This document shows positions 27,701 through 36,079 of a DNA stretch of 64,000 nt, in pieces. This DNA comes from a bacterium (GTDB lineage: Bacteria; Margulisbacteria; Marinamargulisbacteria; SXXA01): positions 25,613 through 89,612 of the forward strand of contig CANIAP010000004.1 in NCBI GenBank assembly GCA_947465765.1, in the 5' to 3' direction. Below the pieces are notes generated by a model, which was not told the origin of the DNA, did no database searches, and saw only the letters and a program-made list of their open reading frames with translations. The position numbers and the translations under genes were made by a program. How positions within the stretch are numbered: the stretch's first letter is position 1; each line of letters begins with the position of its first letter.

Positions 27701-30700
27701 TAATCACCAACGTATTTACGGTAACGAGACCTCTATTCTCCAGCACGTCCATTACACCATCGCCACTCACAAACATTCGATTTGCCGTTACTTCTCCGAT
27801 CGACCAGTCAATTGGTGTCGTTAAGATGACGTTCCCACCACCCAGTGTTCCGCCCACTTCCAACGCCGCCTGTGGACTCGATATCCCAATCCCGACTCCG
27901 CCTCCCATAAATAGAGCGGACTTCATCTGGTTGTTTGAGGTGGCGACAGCAACCTTCACTCCATACAACACAGAATTTGAATGGAGATTAAGTCCAGACA
28001 AATCAATATTCAATCCAGACACCTTAACTGGCGTTCCAGCCTGACCAAAATTTCCCCCCGAATTCGATGTAACGACAATTTGAAGTCCGATTGAATCCAA
28101 CGGCACGTCACCCCCAAAATCACCCAAAGCTGTTTCGAAACGTGACGACATTAAAGAATAAGGGGCCGTCAAATCCGACGGCAAATTAAATGATTTTTTC
28201 AAATGATGCTGAGCAACAGGAACTGATGTCCCCATACCTACGTATCCATTGGATAGAACAACAAACAAATTGGAGGTCGTGATTCCGATGGTATCCGATG
28301 TCAGAAGACCGTTAATACTAGCGATTGCTGCATTTAGAGTCCCCACAACTTGAAGTTTGACACTCGGCTTAGATGTCCCTATTCCCACATTATCCGCCGG
28401 ATCGATATCAAAAAGTGGCAAGAGTTGCGCCGACATCACACTAACTCTTCGGTCTCCAGGTCGAGGCTCAATAGAAAGTGGGGCTACAGGCGATTCCGAA
28501 TTAATACCCACGTCCCCATTTCTACTCACGATTAGCTCATTATAAGTAGCGCCATCTGAATCGAGAATAGTAACCCGAAGAGCCGCCTGTCTTTCTTTGT
28601 TCAAAATATACATGTCGCCAACATTTGGAAGAGAGGCCAGCGAACTACTTGTCGCTACAATAAGAACATTTGAGCTGGAAGCGCCCGCAGTAAACACCGC
28701 CGCCATCTTGCGTCCGGTAATCACTTGCCCTGAGGGGGAATAAGTCAATGTTTTCAAGTCCGACGACACCCCCACCGATACGCCGACTACAACATCCTGA
28801 GCTGACACACCTGAAGTTGAAACCATCAATACATCGATACCCACAAACGTCGTCGACGACCCAGTAGTACGAGCCCCTAGTTCAACAGAGACGCCTTCTG
28901 CAGACACCGAGCTTTGAGGAGTAGTACTAGACACCCCGGATACCACCTGAAACATCTGTGTACCTGGAACAAATCCAAACGCACCAGTCTGCCCCATGGA
29001 CAATACATTTTGGGTTCCGGCACCCACTATCGAATCCCATTTTGCAAACAACGTCCCATTCAACACATTTTTTTCACTAAAAAAAGGAATCGACGGACTT
29101 GGTACCACTTCCCTCCTGCCGAAATTAGCGACCAAACTGGAACCATCTTGAAACGTCGCCAAATTAATATTGCCTGACGCGTTAGAAAATAATGAAAAAT
29201 TACCGGACGTCACGTTAAATGCCGCGATGGGTTTCATTGATAACTGCCGCAAGATCGCAATCCCGGAAAGACTCATTGTAGGCTGAACGTTGGTCGTCAC
29301 TTCAAAAGCAACAGACGTACCCACGACACTCGAGGTCAATAGCGCATTTGCGGATACCCGACCTGAAACCAGTAGCCCGCCATTTATAGCTAATCGGCCA
29401 TCCGGAATCGAGGTCCCTATCCCAAGATCCCCGTTACTCGTCAGCCGCATCCGCTCCATTGGCAATCCAGTGTCAGGATCCGTGATAAACAAAAGATGAT
29501 GAGACCGCTCTCGCTCCATACCACCGGAAACATCAACATCCCCCAACGCGACAACACCAGATCCGATGTTTTCTCCAAGTGATGTATCAGGAACCAATAA
29601 TACCCCCACCCCAACCCCGGCAACCGATGATGGATTTTGTGCAACGACGCCATTCCAAGTCTGGAATAAACTGGCGTCAAACCTATTGCCAGGGTTGGGA
29701 TCCTGGCCGTCGAACATTACCTGCAAAGGGGTCAGCGGATTTGAAACATTAACCCCAACACGCCCATTGCCCCCCACAACGAGATTAGAGGTATTCACTA
29801 CCAAAAGACCTGTATAGACGGCCCGATTTACCGTCACCGCCCCAACAATCATCCCGCCCACCACACCCAATGGATTGCTCCCGCCCAATTGTCCTACTCC
29901 GAGCGTATTAAACGTCGCCGTATTGATAGTAGAAATGCCAATGGACACCATATCCACACTTTTAATCATATTCACCGAGACTGTATTAAGTATCGCCTCA
30001 CCAGATACATTTAGCGTAGTCGTCCCCAACTCAATGGCATTTAATGCGATGAGGTTATCCAACCGCACATCATTCGTTACAACCATCGCAGCAGCGATAA
30101 CATCATTTAAAACCAATAAGCCCCTGGGAACAATCAATCGATTAAACGAAGCCACGTTAATCTGCTGCAAGAAGTTGGCTGAAGGTGCATCTGTACCAAA
30201 GATCGTTCCCTTAACCTCTAACGGCGAAGTAGGGTTGGAAACACCAATTCCGACGTTTCCCCCGATAAATACAGTCGCATTGCGAGATGACCTCGAGTCA
30301 GATACTTTGACATCAATACCGACTGCAGTTCCGGTAGGAGTCAACGCCAACCCCGTTAAATTCAATCTAATACCATAGCCTTTTGCCGCAACGGTGTCTG
30401 ACCCCAGTCGATTACCAAAGGTTGTGGAGCCAGAATTCACCGCATTCAACGTAATTCCAACCCCAGTTACCGGAACCACCACAGGTCCGTTATTGCCAGT
30501 CGATATAATTTCAACGTTATAAAAAGAATAAGGTCCCACAATAGGATCCCCAAATTGGCGATACAAATCAAACAAGGCAACGGGTGTCGACAAACCGACG
30601 CCCACCAATCCAGTATTCGTTACAACGAGCCCGCCGGAGGTAGTATTCAAAAACTGCGCAATGACCCCTCGGGATGAACGGGCACCAACACTTGAAATGG

Positions 30701-33700
30701 AACCGACTACTTCAAGCGGCACGGAGGGATTAGAGAGGCCAATTCCCACACGATTCGGCGAATAAATCGACATCCCATTATTCTCCACATTAATGGTGCT
30801 GATTATTAATCCGTTAGATATTTTAAAAAAATTAGATATAACCGTGCCTCGAACCTCAAGTTCTACACTTGGAGTCGCACCTATCCCTACACCGGCCCCT
30901 GCTCCCGCCATAAAAATCGCAGGAAACCGATATCCTCTGTCGCCGACGTCCTGAACCGTCACATTAGAAACATCAACAGAGAGCCCATAGGCTGTCCCAT
31001 TTTTAGTAAATAAAGTCGACTGAGATCCAACCCTAGAATTACGAAGAACAATGTCCTGACCCTTGATTACGAACGGCCGATCTGTTGGGCCTACATTATC
31101 GTTCCAATCTTGTGCGCCGTTGGGCCATCGGTCGATAACACCGTATATTCCAACAGAATTAAATGCGCCTGACCGAGAAATATCTTCATCGTAAGTTCCG
31201 TGAGACACCACTCCCAGTGCCCGAGATCCATCCAAGGGCATCACACTCCAATTATGACTCACCGTGTAAGTCGAAGCTGAGATTTTGGCGCCCAATGCAA
31301 CCGGTGCAGTAACCACCAAATAACCGGCAACAGCCCCAACCGGGGAGACCCAAAGCAGAGGGGCTTCTGCCAAAATAGTCAGCGTATTAGATGCCCCAAT
31401 CGCCCACTCAGCAAGAAACCCCTTCGGGCCACTCCCTGAAGTTAACACTTTCGAAATATTGATAGTTTGCCCCAATGAATCGTCCATTACGAGATCATTT
31501 CGGTCGACATAAAGCTTAATGTCACTCTGCGCAACCGAATCCCTCAAATAATGATAGTACTCCGTCAACCCATTTTCTAATCTAAATTCATCCGAAATAA
31601 TAAACGAATTACCCCCGCCAGCCACGACGTTAATGGTCCCCGCCACATCCAACGCATATTCAGGAACCGTCTGCCCAATGCCTACAAAACTGCTGGCATC
31701 TCCAACGACAGTGTTCCAGTAAATATCGGTTCGTCCATTGCCTCTATCTAGACTTGGCCATCCATATATCGATCCCCGAACGGCCAACGCCCCAGCACTC
31801 ATTTTGCTTACGCCAACCGTATGTGTAGGTGCTGACTCAAATCCTTTAATCCGAACCTGCCCAGAAATAGCCGTTTTTCCTGAGTTCTCTAACTCAGCAC
31901 GGGGACGAGTAGTCCGAATACCAACGTACCGATTGTAAATAGATAGTGGCGGAATTGAGGAAATCGATGACTCCCCACCCGGAAATATCCTTAGGACATC
32001 CGTATCAAACCGAGACACCCCAATACTAAATAGGTCAATATTATTAAGATCATATGTCAGTACGGGACTAATAAAGGGACCACCTGGGGATAATAGGCTG
32101 CTTCTATTAGACAGCTCCAATGTGAAATTAGGGGACGTTGTTCCCACGCCGACGTTGCCTACTGCCGCTATCCGACCATCAGAAAGGACATTTGCAGAAG
32201 GAAAAAAAATGTTGGGCGTGGTTCGCTCCCATTGCCACACTTCGGGCGAATTACGAGTCGGCAAGGTTTGTCCATCTGGAAAACTAAATACGTTGGTATA
32301 AATTTTGCCTTCTACATCTAGAAACCACGCCACGCTTGGAGGGGTGCCTACCAACTGAGAATTGGTTGCGCCACGCGCCGCAAGGTCTGGAAACCGACCG
32401 ATACCAATATTCGAGGATGCACTCACCATCATTGATGGAGACGCTAGTTTTGAACGATTAAAATATACCGCCAACAGATCACTCGTCACCCGAGATTGCA
32501 TCGCAAGAATCGCAGAACCGGCAGGCGAATTTACCGACATATTTCTAGACACTAACAACCCTATAGACCGAGACGGTTGCATTCCAATCCCAACGCCACC
32601 GGCATTACTCACGGCAAAATACGATCGATCCCCAATAAAATTAAATATTAGTGAATAATAAGTCGATTCCAGCATCTTCCGAATCGCCAGCTCAAACCCC
32701 GACGACGACGCCCCAGAGGCAAAAACAAGAGGAATACCGGGTCTAAATTTCGAGGAAAGTATACCCGATGAATCGATATACCCTGCAGCAACCAAGTCAT
32801 TAAAAACCCTCACAGAAGCGGACCAATCAATCGAGTCCCAATTCGCAGAATAGAAATAGTCACTATTCGTACCCACACCGGAATACCCTAAAATCGATGT
32901 GGGGGTAATACGAAGGCCGGCAACGGTTAACGCCGAGTACCGTATCTCACTACCAAACTCCCAAAATGTGGACGAGGTTCCAATCCCGACGCCCTTGGTC
33001 GCTCGAATCAAGACTTGGTTCTCTGTAACGGACGAAAAACCCAGCGGTGAGCTCCCATCCGCCCAGACCCATACCCCATGATGAAGCGCTAACGCCCCCC
33101 GCCCCATGGCCAAAGAAAAGTCTCCCTGCGCCTTATTAAGCTGCCCACCGATAATCGTTGAATAGGCGCCAGAGGCCTGGTTACGATCACCTCCGATAAC
33201 AGCAGAAAAATTTCCGCCCGCAAAGGGGTTAAGTCCCATCGCAACGGAATAGAGCCCAATATTAGAGTCATTCCATTCCGCCCCACCCATAGGGGAGTCG
33301 ACCGTAATACTCCCTGCACGAAACGCCGCTTCTCCGGGATGAAACGTCAGCCTCGTCCCCGCCCCGGCAACGTCAACCGTCACACCGGACTCAACCGCCC
33401 CCGACAAAATCAATCCAGAATCACCTTGAACATGTAAATTTGCTTTTGGATTACGAAGCCCCACACCAAATCGGTCATCAAACGCGACAAACAATGGGGT
33501 CGCACTCCCTATAGAGGTTCCTCGTTCCACCCGAAAAACTTCGTCATCTTTAGCGCTAATCCCTAACGTATAACTGGATTGCCCCGAAAGCCCCAAGCGG
33601 GACGTAAAGGTAACCGCTGGATTTTTAGTTGGCTCATCCGCATCTCGGTTCGGAGCAGCAATATCAAGAAGCGTCATCGGATCCGGCCGCCCAAGCCCAA

Positions 33701-35126
33701 CGTTACCATACAAATAATACAAATCGTTGACGTTATTACGTAACCAAAATGTTCCCTTGGAGATACTCAGCCGAATCGGAGTTCCATTCACATACAAATC
33801 CTGGGCGTTCATAACACCGCCCACAGAGAGCCGGGACGACGGCGCATTGGTCCACACTCCGATATCCCCGGAACCAACAATACTAAACAGAGGCTGATTT
33901 AGCGTCGATACCACATTAAAATACGGCGCGACGACCGCCGTCGGCCCCGAAATTTCTAGGAGCGTTTTTGCTGGCCCCCCAACGCCCAAAAATCCACTTT
34001 CCTTTGTATAAAAAATGGGCGCCGCATTGGCCACTCCTGGCCGAATCCCTTGCGGCATAAACACAGCCAATCGACCCGGACGGCCGTCGGATTTAAAGCC
34101 AGTCAATGACACCCAATTCCGAGTCGTGATTCCAGACTCGCCCCCAATATCTGTATACCCCTGAAAATCTTTGCCTGATTCAACAGACGCGAATCGAATC
34201 GTTCCTGGAACCGTTTTATCTGTGATATCGATCCGAACACCGCCTCGAATTTCCAGTGCTTCCGCAGGAACCGCAGTACCGATACCAACGCGACCCGACC
34301 GATTCAAATAAATATTGGCCGTACTAGCAGAACTTTTCAACCAATCTTGGGATGCCGATAATTTTCGGCCATTTAGTAAAAACCCATATGCATTCAATGT
34401 CGTTGAAACATTAAGCGCGAATACCGAAAAATCAGACCCCACCGCCACCGCAGGGTACACCGTGTAAATATTATTGGGACTTCCCGGAGATACCCGCCAC
34501 GGTAGCCGATCGCGAATATCCACGCCGGCCGCAGTAAATTGAGTTGCGTTAATATATCCATCCACATCTAGGGGAAATAAAGGCGCCTGATTCAAAATCC
34601 CCACCCGGCCAGTGGTACTCTGAACATAAAGCGCATTTTTTGAAGTTACATTCAGAGATCCATTGATGATAAAAGGACCTTTAAACGTTCCCTTTATTGA
34701 ATTACCTTCCACCTTTTTAGCATAACTCGCGATGTCGGTATGAATGGAAAACGGAGTCGCTGAAATGGGAAATGTCGCGACATCCCCGGCAGCAGCAATC
34801 TGAAGAATCAATGGCGCGTTTGAAAACACCGATGATGGGATCACCGCCGATGGGATCTCAATCGCAAACTGTCCTCCCGAAAATTTTACAGAAGAAGTCG
34901 GCGAATACGTCCAAACGACCGTATTGCTAGTAGGAACAATTAAGCTGGCCGTCACAATAAACGCCCCCTCCAGAAGACGCCCGTGTGACACAAAATAGTC
35001 TGAAAACTGTACCGGAGCCGCACCAACAAAGCCGCTAAAACATAACGCGATTGCCAGAATACAAGAACTTAAATGAATCCGACGCGTATTAAATCGCGAT
35101 TTAACGTACGCAATAAGTGGATGCAT
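21780..35126 (-). CDS. giant (4448 aa) secreted tail-fibre-like / beta-solenoid fibril protein with a reiterated GxVGIGT..P...L.V.G motif
   Basis: Single uninterrupted frame. ATG 35126 is preceded by GAGGAG (4-nt spacer); the ORF track begins at in-frame GTG 35138. The N-terminus has a basic stretch plus hydrophobic core (SSCILAIALCFSGFVGAAP), consistent with a signal peptide. About 29 copies by eye of G(N/R)VGIGT..P...L(E/D/H)V.G, a YadA-head-like SxAxG segment, and a conserved C-terminal ADYAEY...GDVV...GQVPVKV...GDYL domain. Confidence 0.9.
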   Translation of the reverse strand: MHPLIAYVKSRFNTRRIHLSSCILAIALCFSGFVGAAPVQFSDYFVSHGRLLEGAFIVTASLIVPTSNTVVWTYSPTSSVKFSGGQFAIEIPSAVIPSSVFSNAPLILQIAAAGDVATFPISATPFSIHTDIASYAKKVEGNSIKGTFKGPFIINGSLNVTSKNALYVQSTTGRVGILNQAPLFPLDVDGYINATQFTAAGVDIRDRLPWRVSPGSPNNIYTVYPAVAVGSDFSVFALNVSTTLNAYGFLLNGRKLSASQDWLKSSASTANIYLNRSGRVGIGTAVPAEALEIRGGVRIDITDKTVPGTIRFASVESGKDFQGYTDIGGESGITTRNWVSLTGFKSDGRPGRLAVFMPQGIRPGVANAAPIFYTKESGFLGVGGPAKTLLEISGPTAVVAPYFNVVSTLNQPLFSIVGSGDIGVWTNAPSSRLSVGGVMNAQDLYVNGTPIRLSISKGTFWLRNNVNDLYYLYGNVGLGRPDPMTLLDIAAPNRDADEPTKNPAVTFTSRLGLSGQSSYTLGISAKDDEVFRVERGTSIGSATPLFVAFDDRFGVGLRNPKANLHVQGDSGLILSGAVESGVTVDVAGAGTRLTFHPGEAAFRAGSITVDSPMGGAEWNDSNIGLYSVAMGLNPFAGGNFSAVIGGDRNQASGAYSTIIGGQLNKAQGDFSLAMGRGALALHHGVWVWADGSSPLGFSSVTENQVLIRATKGVGIGTSSTFWEFGSEIRYSALTVAGLRITPTSILGYSGVGTNSDYFYSANWDSIDWSASVRVFNDLVAAGYIDSSGILSSKFRPGIPLVFASGASSSGFELAIRKMLESTYYSLIFNFIGDRSYFAVSNAGGVGIGMQPSRSIGLLVSRNMSVNSPAGSAILAMQSRVTSDLLAVYFNRSKLASPSMMVSASSNIGIGRFPDLAARGATNSQLVGTPPSVAWFLDVEGKIYTNVFSFPDGQTLPTRNSPEVWQWERTTPNIFFPSANVLSDGRIAAVGNVGVGTTSPNFTLELSNRSSLLSPGGPFISPVLTYDLNNIDLFSIGVSRFDTDVLRIFPGGESSISSIPPLSIYNRYVGIRTTRPRAELENSGKTAISGQVRIKGFESAPTHTVGVSKMSAGALAVRGSIYGWPSLDRGNGRTDIYWNTVVGDASSFVGIGQTVPEYALDVAGTINVVAGGGNSFIISDEFRLENGLTEYYHYLRDSVAQSDIKLYVDRNDLVMDDSLGQTINISKVLTSGSGPKGFLAEWAIGASNTLTILAEAPLLWVSPVGAVAGYLVVTAPVALGAKISASTYTVSHNWSVMPLDGSRALGVVSHGTYDEDISRSGAFNSVGIYGVIDRWPNGAQDWNDNVGPTDRPFVIKGQDIVLRNSRVGSQSTLFTKNGTAYGLSVDVSNVTVQDVGDRGYRFPAIFMAGAGAGVGIGATPSVELEVRGTVISNFFKISNGLIISTINVENNGMSIYSPNRVGIGLSNPSVPLEVVGSISSVGARSSRGVIAQFLNTTSGGLVVTNTGLVGVGLSTPVALFDLYRQFGDPIVGPYSFYNVEIISTGNNGPVVVPVTGVGITLNAVNSGSTTFGNRLGSDTVAAKGYGIRLNLTGLALTPTGTAVGIDVKVSDSRSSRNATVFIGGNVGIGVSNPTSPLEVKGTIFGTDAPSANFLQQINVASFNRLIVPRGLLVLNDVIAAAMVVTNDVRLDNLIALNAIELGTTTLNVSGEAILNTVSVNMIKSVDMVSIGISTINTATFNTLGVGQLGGSNPLGVVGGMIVGAVTVNRAVYTGLLVVNTSNLVVGGNGRVGVNVSNPLTPLQVMFDGQDPNPGNRFDASLFQTWNGVVAQNPSSVAGVGVGVLLVPDTSLGENIGSGVVALGDVDVSGGMERERSHHLLFITDPDTGLPMERMRLTSNGDLGIGTSIPDGRLAINGGLLVSGRVSANALLTSSVVGTSVAFEVTTNVQPTMSLSGIAILRQLSMKPIAAFNVTSGNFSLFSNASGNINLATFQDGSSLVANFGRREVVPSPSIPFFSEKNVLNGTLFAKWDSIVGAGTQNVLSMGQTGAFGFVPGTQMFQVVSGVSSTTPQSSVSAEGVSVELGARTTGSSTTFVGIDVLMVSTSGVSAQDVVVGVSVGVSSDLKTLTYSPSGQVITGRKMAAVFTAGASSSNVLIVATSSSLASLPNVGDMYILNKERQAALRVTILDSDGATYNELIVSRNGDVGINSESPVAPLSIEPRPGDRRVSVMSAQLLPLFDIDPADNVGIGTSKPSVKLQVVGTLNAAIASINGLLTSDTIGITTSNLFVVLSNGYVGMGTSVPVAQHHLKKSFNLPSDLTAPYSLMSSRFETALGDFGGDVPLDSIGLQIVVTSNSGGNFGQAGTPVKVSGLNIDLSGLNLHSNSVLYGVKVAVATSNNQMKSALFMGGGVGIGISSPQAALEVGGTLGGGNVILTTPIDWSIGEVTANRMFVSGDGVMDVLENRGLVTVNTLVISADLVNSIPGSLMYPIITVGDLSSVVATFNRLVIPTFNADMNLWSGGTANALIVSGSAVVNAVTINGAVTVNTISVSGQLNIVGAVTTNRRVVSSGAWAAKTLGLKPTAAPSATPTMDSFLYVDSASQNNLIYVNRVASVTANISNTLVGSGNRMGYFNTSRQLSSDAYMDVTVNNTIGMLRVGSTASSLERVSGSAILKTMTQIPTISASGTTVYAVDLEVGARSASNATTINAMSVKMGNSLDKLSTSAGDIAAGVIVEFAGVSSSVTNRFGEKITGSMIPAVFMSGKQTSGNVVIVTSPNIPIRGLADLYIATVVTVNGRGDFVVQSTVNSVLRDLLIVSNNGSVGVGSSVNMGTSRLVVNGIDGTTDTLGIYNSGGAGIIVGPNRGVVIGGTTAPSSGLWVNGQGKATTLKATGGIVPKTIDISGSNGGLVVTAEGNVGIGTTAPAAQLELSRSFLRPGNLTAAFTMETVSINTTGSVTGNITAVEFVATSAALATFGGTGASVAAVGMNVDGSGLALGSNGVLTGIYISPTTNVSANSLILNGGNVGIGTTLPTSVLDISGALAGNNLWVASADFDLDGVTVNGLVASGSVKGVSINGLLFVDNIAAGPEINVSNTLQFRSGNGVTINLQVLAPAATLNVTSDLIATLVTANRIAIGSATVNSSYSLAVSGNGLVTIGGNLWVDGSISTNNQVSTNELHSDLVLVMPTVRFTAPTVNVTGNMTASTLLIASASIGAFKSGYGVLSVAKTASFDLLYVYNGGPTVSLNITRAMSGTGNVFPYYGSDSQLTSSPNGLNWTVNGLVRVVSVNAIATSYNPSSGVGQRVLTVSSNIGTTNGSFTGELIKMDFGARTNGSTDDFGGMSIVFPSGNVARVQAGVEDIAVGLRVDLTKIYAKNSTELPLGSDFSILGQKAAAIFLVDNAGDSTGNVGIFLKDFGSSYVTANPNAVLHVSDLYSGTAHSLGQNPNSQAAGNFAPRDKSKSVKFAVGGSSSISDVLVVGTSDARVSIGTPPASAALHVKALASSAGGILDIKDSSNRNIMSISSQNRVGIGTDVPSATLHILGDGSSFAMQITSDNAALGVDSKFLVDSAGRVGIRTISPVYALDVSFNPPVASPTFPFLVASVNNVLIVSRNGEAGVYGTTTNAGFFARVALRAGTGSVTIPGTLTPTLYNATAATFSPGILAVTENRYLFVGVTTNGQSADSVLSWLNVPTSSVSFIENGVVDMQLYQNRVSIGTVTSDALLTISGSTDPILKVVSGPSYFIVNSAGVGIGTSNSTLALVVSGNARISSSNGNYGSLVAASVSTNQLVATDNDTTARRPVLTLTQTAPGSVSATKAKLQRNYLTIDADFPLNVIGMSLGVTSSAGGTVGAPGIKRYVVGVNVDVASMNIFDPITPGGSKGGLKYPALFTGGQVAIGSTDDAKSATAAALLIQAMDYRGVTTNVASADVIRFVARYANPSTSSNRVALAMSTPSVLAFKEYTRPGYELRVDYGNGVATKTYGIVMLEVSANTSAKTSTSGMVVVGAYYNGVATSSVLVNDALYVSGDVRLGVITNSVFAGTEGWGSRVYLSGGPTFVSTIDSDNKDPMYIGRYNIYGDTGSGGWSELRMAVGEGNTAEPNARLLVGYTQPSVTQGGITANFSVAVTGYIAPENLRTQLADDPFAIQAGKVTYTLQGGVGIGTANPEAALHVVSTSNPSGTAHATGNHTVLVTVTGNAISHPLYGVAVRNLGNSTNSNFVSFIANNKDRFGNPAYPTYDPEVIGSIEGDGSGGVQFTSPEADYAEYVDKLVASDSFQPGDVVSVDTGKVSFQTSGRHKLLVISSAPVVAGNWQADRLDQMALTSFMGQVPVKVIGPVNAGDYLVPSGRSDGTAMAISSVNAALPDSIIGQAWESSRSADVKKVKALIGFPFRQRMAAQQMATLGTIKVSVAGYREETSELEKDLMAKVKARANKIAVLKLKMAGSLK

Positions 35127-35149
35127 CTGACTCCTCACTCAACAAATGA

Positions 35150-36079
35150 TCAAAAATTAAGCGCAAGGGAAAAATAGTGGATACCACTATACTCGGGATG
35201 ATCACTATGTTCATACGCATAATCAAATTGATTTCCGAAAACATCAATTCCAAGCCCCATCGAAACTTTACCCCTAATTGCGCTCAAAACAGGAAACTCC
35301 TTGTAGCCCCCTGACACACGGATAAATGGAATGAAGGACGGAGTATAAATGAGGGCAGCGCTTTTAGCCAGCCTCTTTGAGCTCCCTAGAATCTTAATTT
35401 GCCCCATCACATCCACATCGCCAATCGCAAACCGGGTACCGACTATCGTCTCTAGCGGCAAATTTTCAGTCATCCCATTGGAGTATTGAACCTTTAAACC
35501 TGTCGCAACATTCCTAAGCAATAACGAAACCCCGACACCATCAGCGTCGTACAACACCCCCGCATCAAAATTAACGCCTGTCCCCGTCACGGAATCAATG
35601 ACTGTACTATAATAAGTGGCCGCAACCCCCAGATGAATCCGCTCGGATTGCGAAATAGAATATCCAATTTTATACACTGACTTTGTTAAAGAAAACGAGC
35701 CATCCTCCACCAACCGCTCCAAAGTTGACCCCGCATTAACAAGGCGCGCCCTTGGAATATCTGCAACGCCCACCGTATTAAACCCAATTCCAAAACTCCC
35801 CATGGCAGTCGACATCCCCACCGCGCCGTTGGTGTAAGGAACCTCTCCCATCAAATTAGTAGAAAATAATGAGAGAGATGACGATTGAATACGAAACAAC
35901 GCCGCGGGATTCTCAAATACGCTGTCCCCATTAGAAGAAAAACCCTCAATCCCGCCAACCCGAATACCACGGGCAGAAGATCCGATTTCAGTCCCCATAA
36001 AATAGTCCGCATCCGCAAACACAGAACCGCTCACCATCATGACGCAAACCACAACCCATAATCCGAAGAAAGTTTTCAT
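35150..36079 (-). CDS. outer-membrane beta-barrel protein (PorV / UPF0164 / PorP-SprF-like)
   Basis: Signal peptide MKTFFGLWVVVCVMMVSGSVFA|DA, an ENPAAL motif near the N-terminus, alternating-hydrophobic strands throughout, and a C-terminal ...YFSLALNF ending in Phe (beta-signal). The start overlaps the upstream stop (ATGA). Confidence 0.7.
   Translation of the reverse strand: MKTFFGLWVVVCVMMVSGSVFADADYFMGTEIGSSARGIRVGGIEGFSSNGDSVFENPAALFRIQSSSLSLFSTNLMGEVPYTNGAVGMSTAMGSFGIGFNTVGVADIPRARLVNAGSTLERLVEDGSFSLTKSVYKIGYSISQSERIHLGVAATYYSTVIDSVTGTGVNFDAGVLYDADGVGVSLLLRNVATGLKVQYSNGMTENLPLETIVGTRFAIGDVDVMGQIKILGSSKRLAKSAALIYTPSFIPFIRVSGGYKEFPVLSAIRGKVSMGLGIDVFGNQFDYAYEHSDHPEYSGIHYFSLALNF

Noticed and set aside
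22233-33081. About 25 plus-strand ORFs of 60-240 aa in the ORF track that lie inside the giant gene.
   Set aside because: All lie antisense to or out of frame with a single uninterrupted 13.3-kb minus-strand frame that shows coherent repeat structure. Their translations are low-complexity mirror images (P/T/V/I-rich) with no SDs. They are shadow ORFs.
21780-35126. The giant tail-fibre-like gene as part of a prophage or tailocin.
   Set aside because: There is no integrase, terminase, capsid, baseplate, sheath or lysis gene anywhere in the window. The gene has a Sec-type N-terminus and is operonic with an OM barrel, and the flanks are housekeeping genes.
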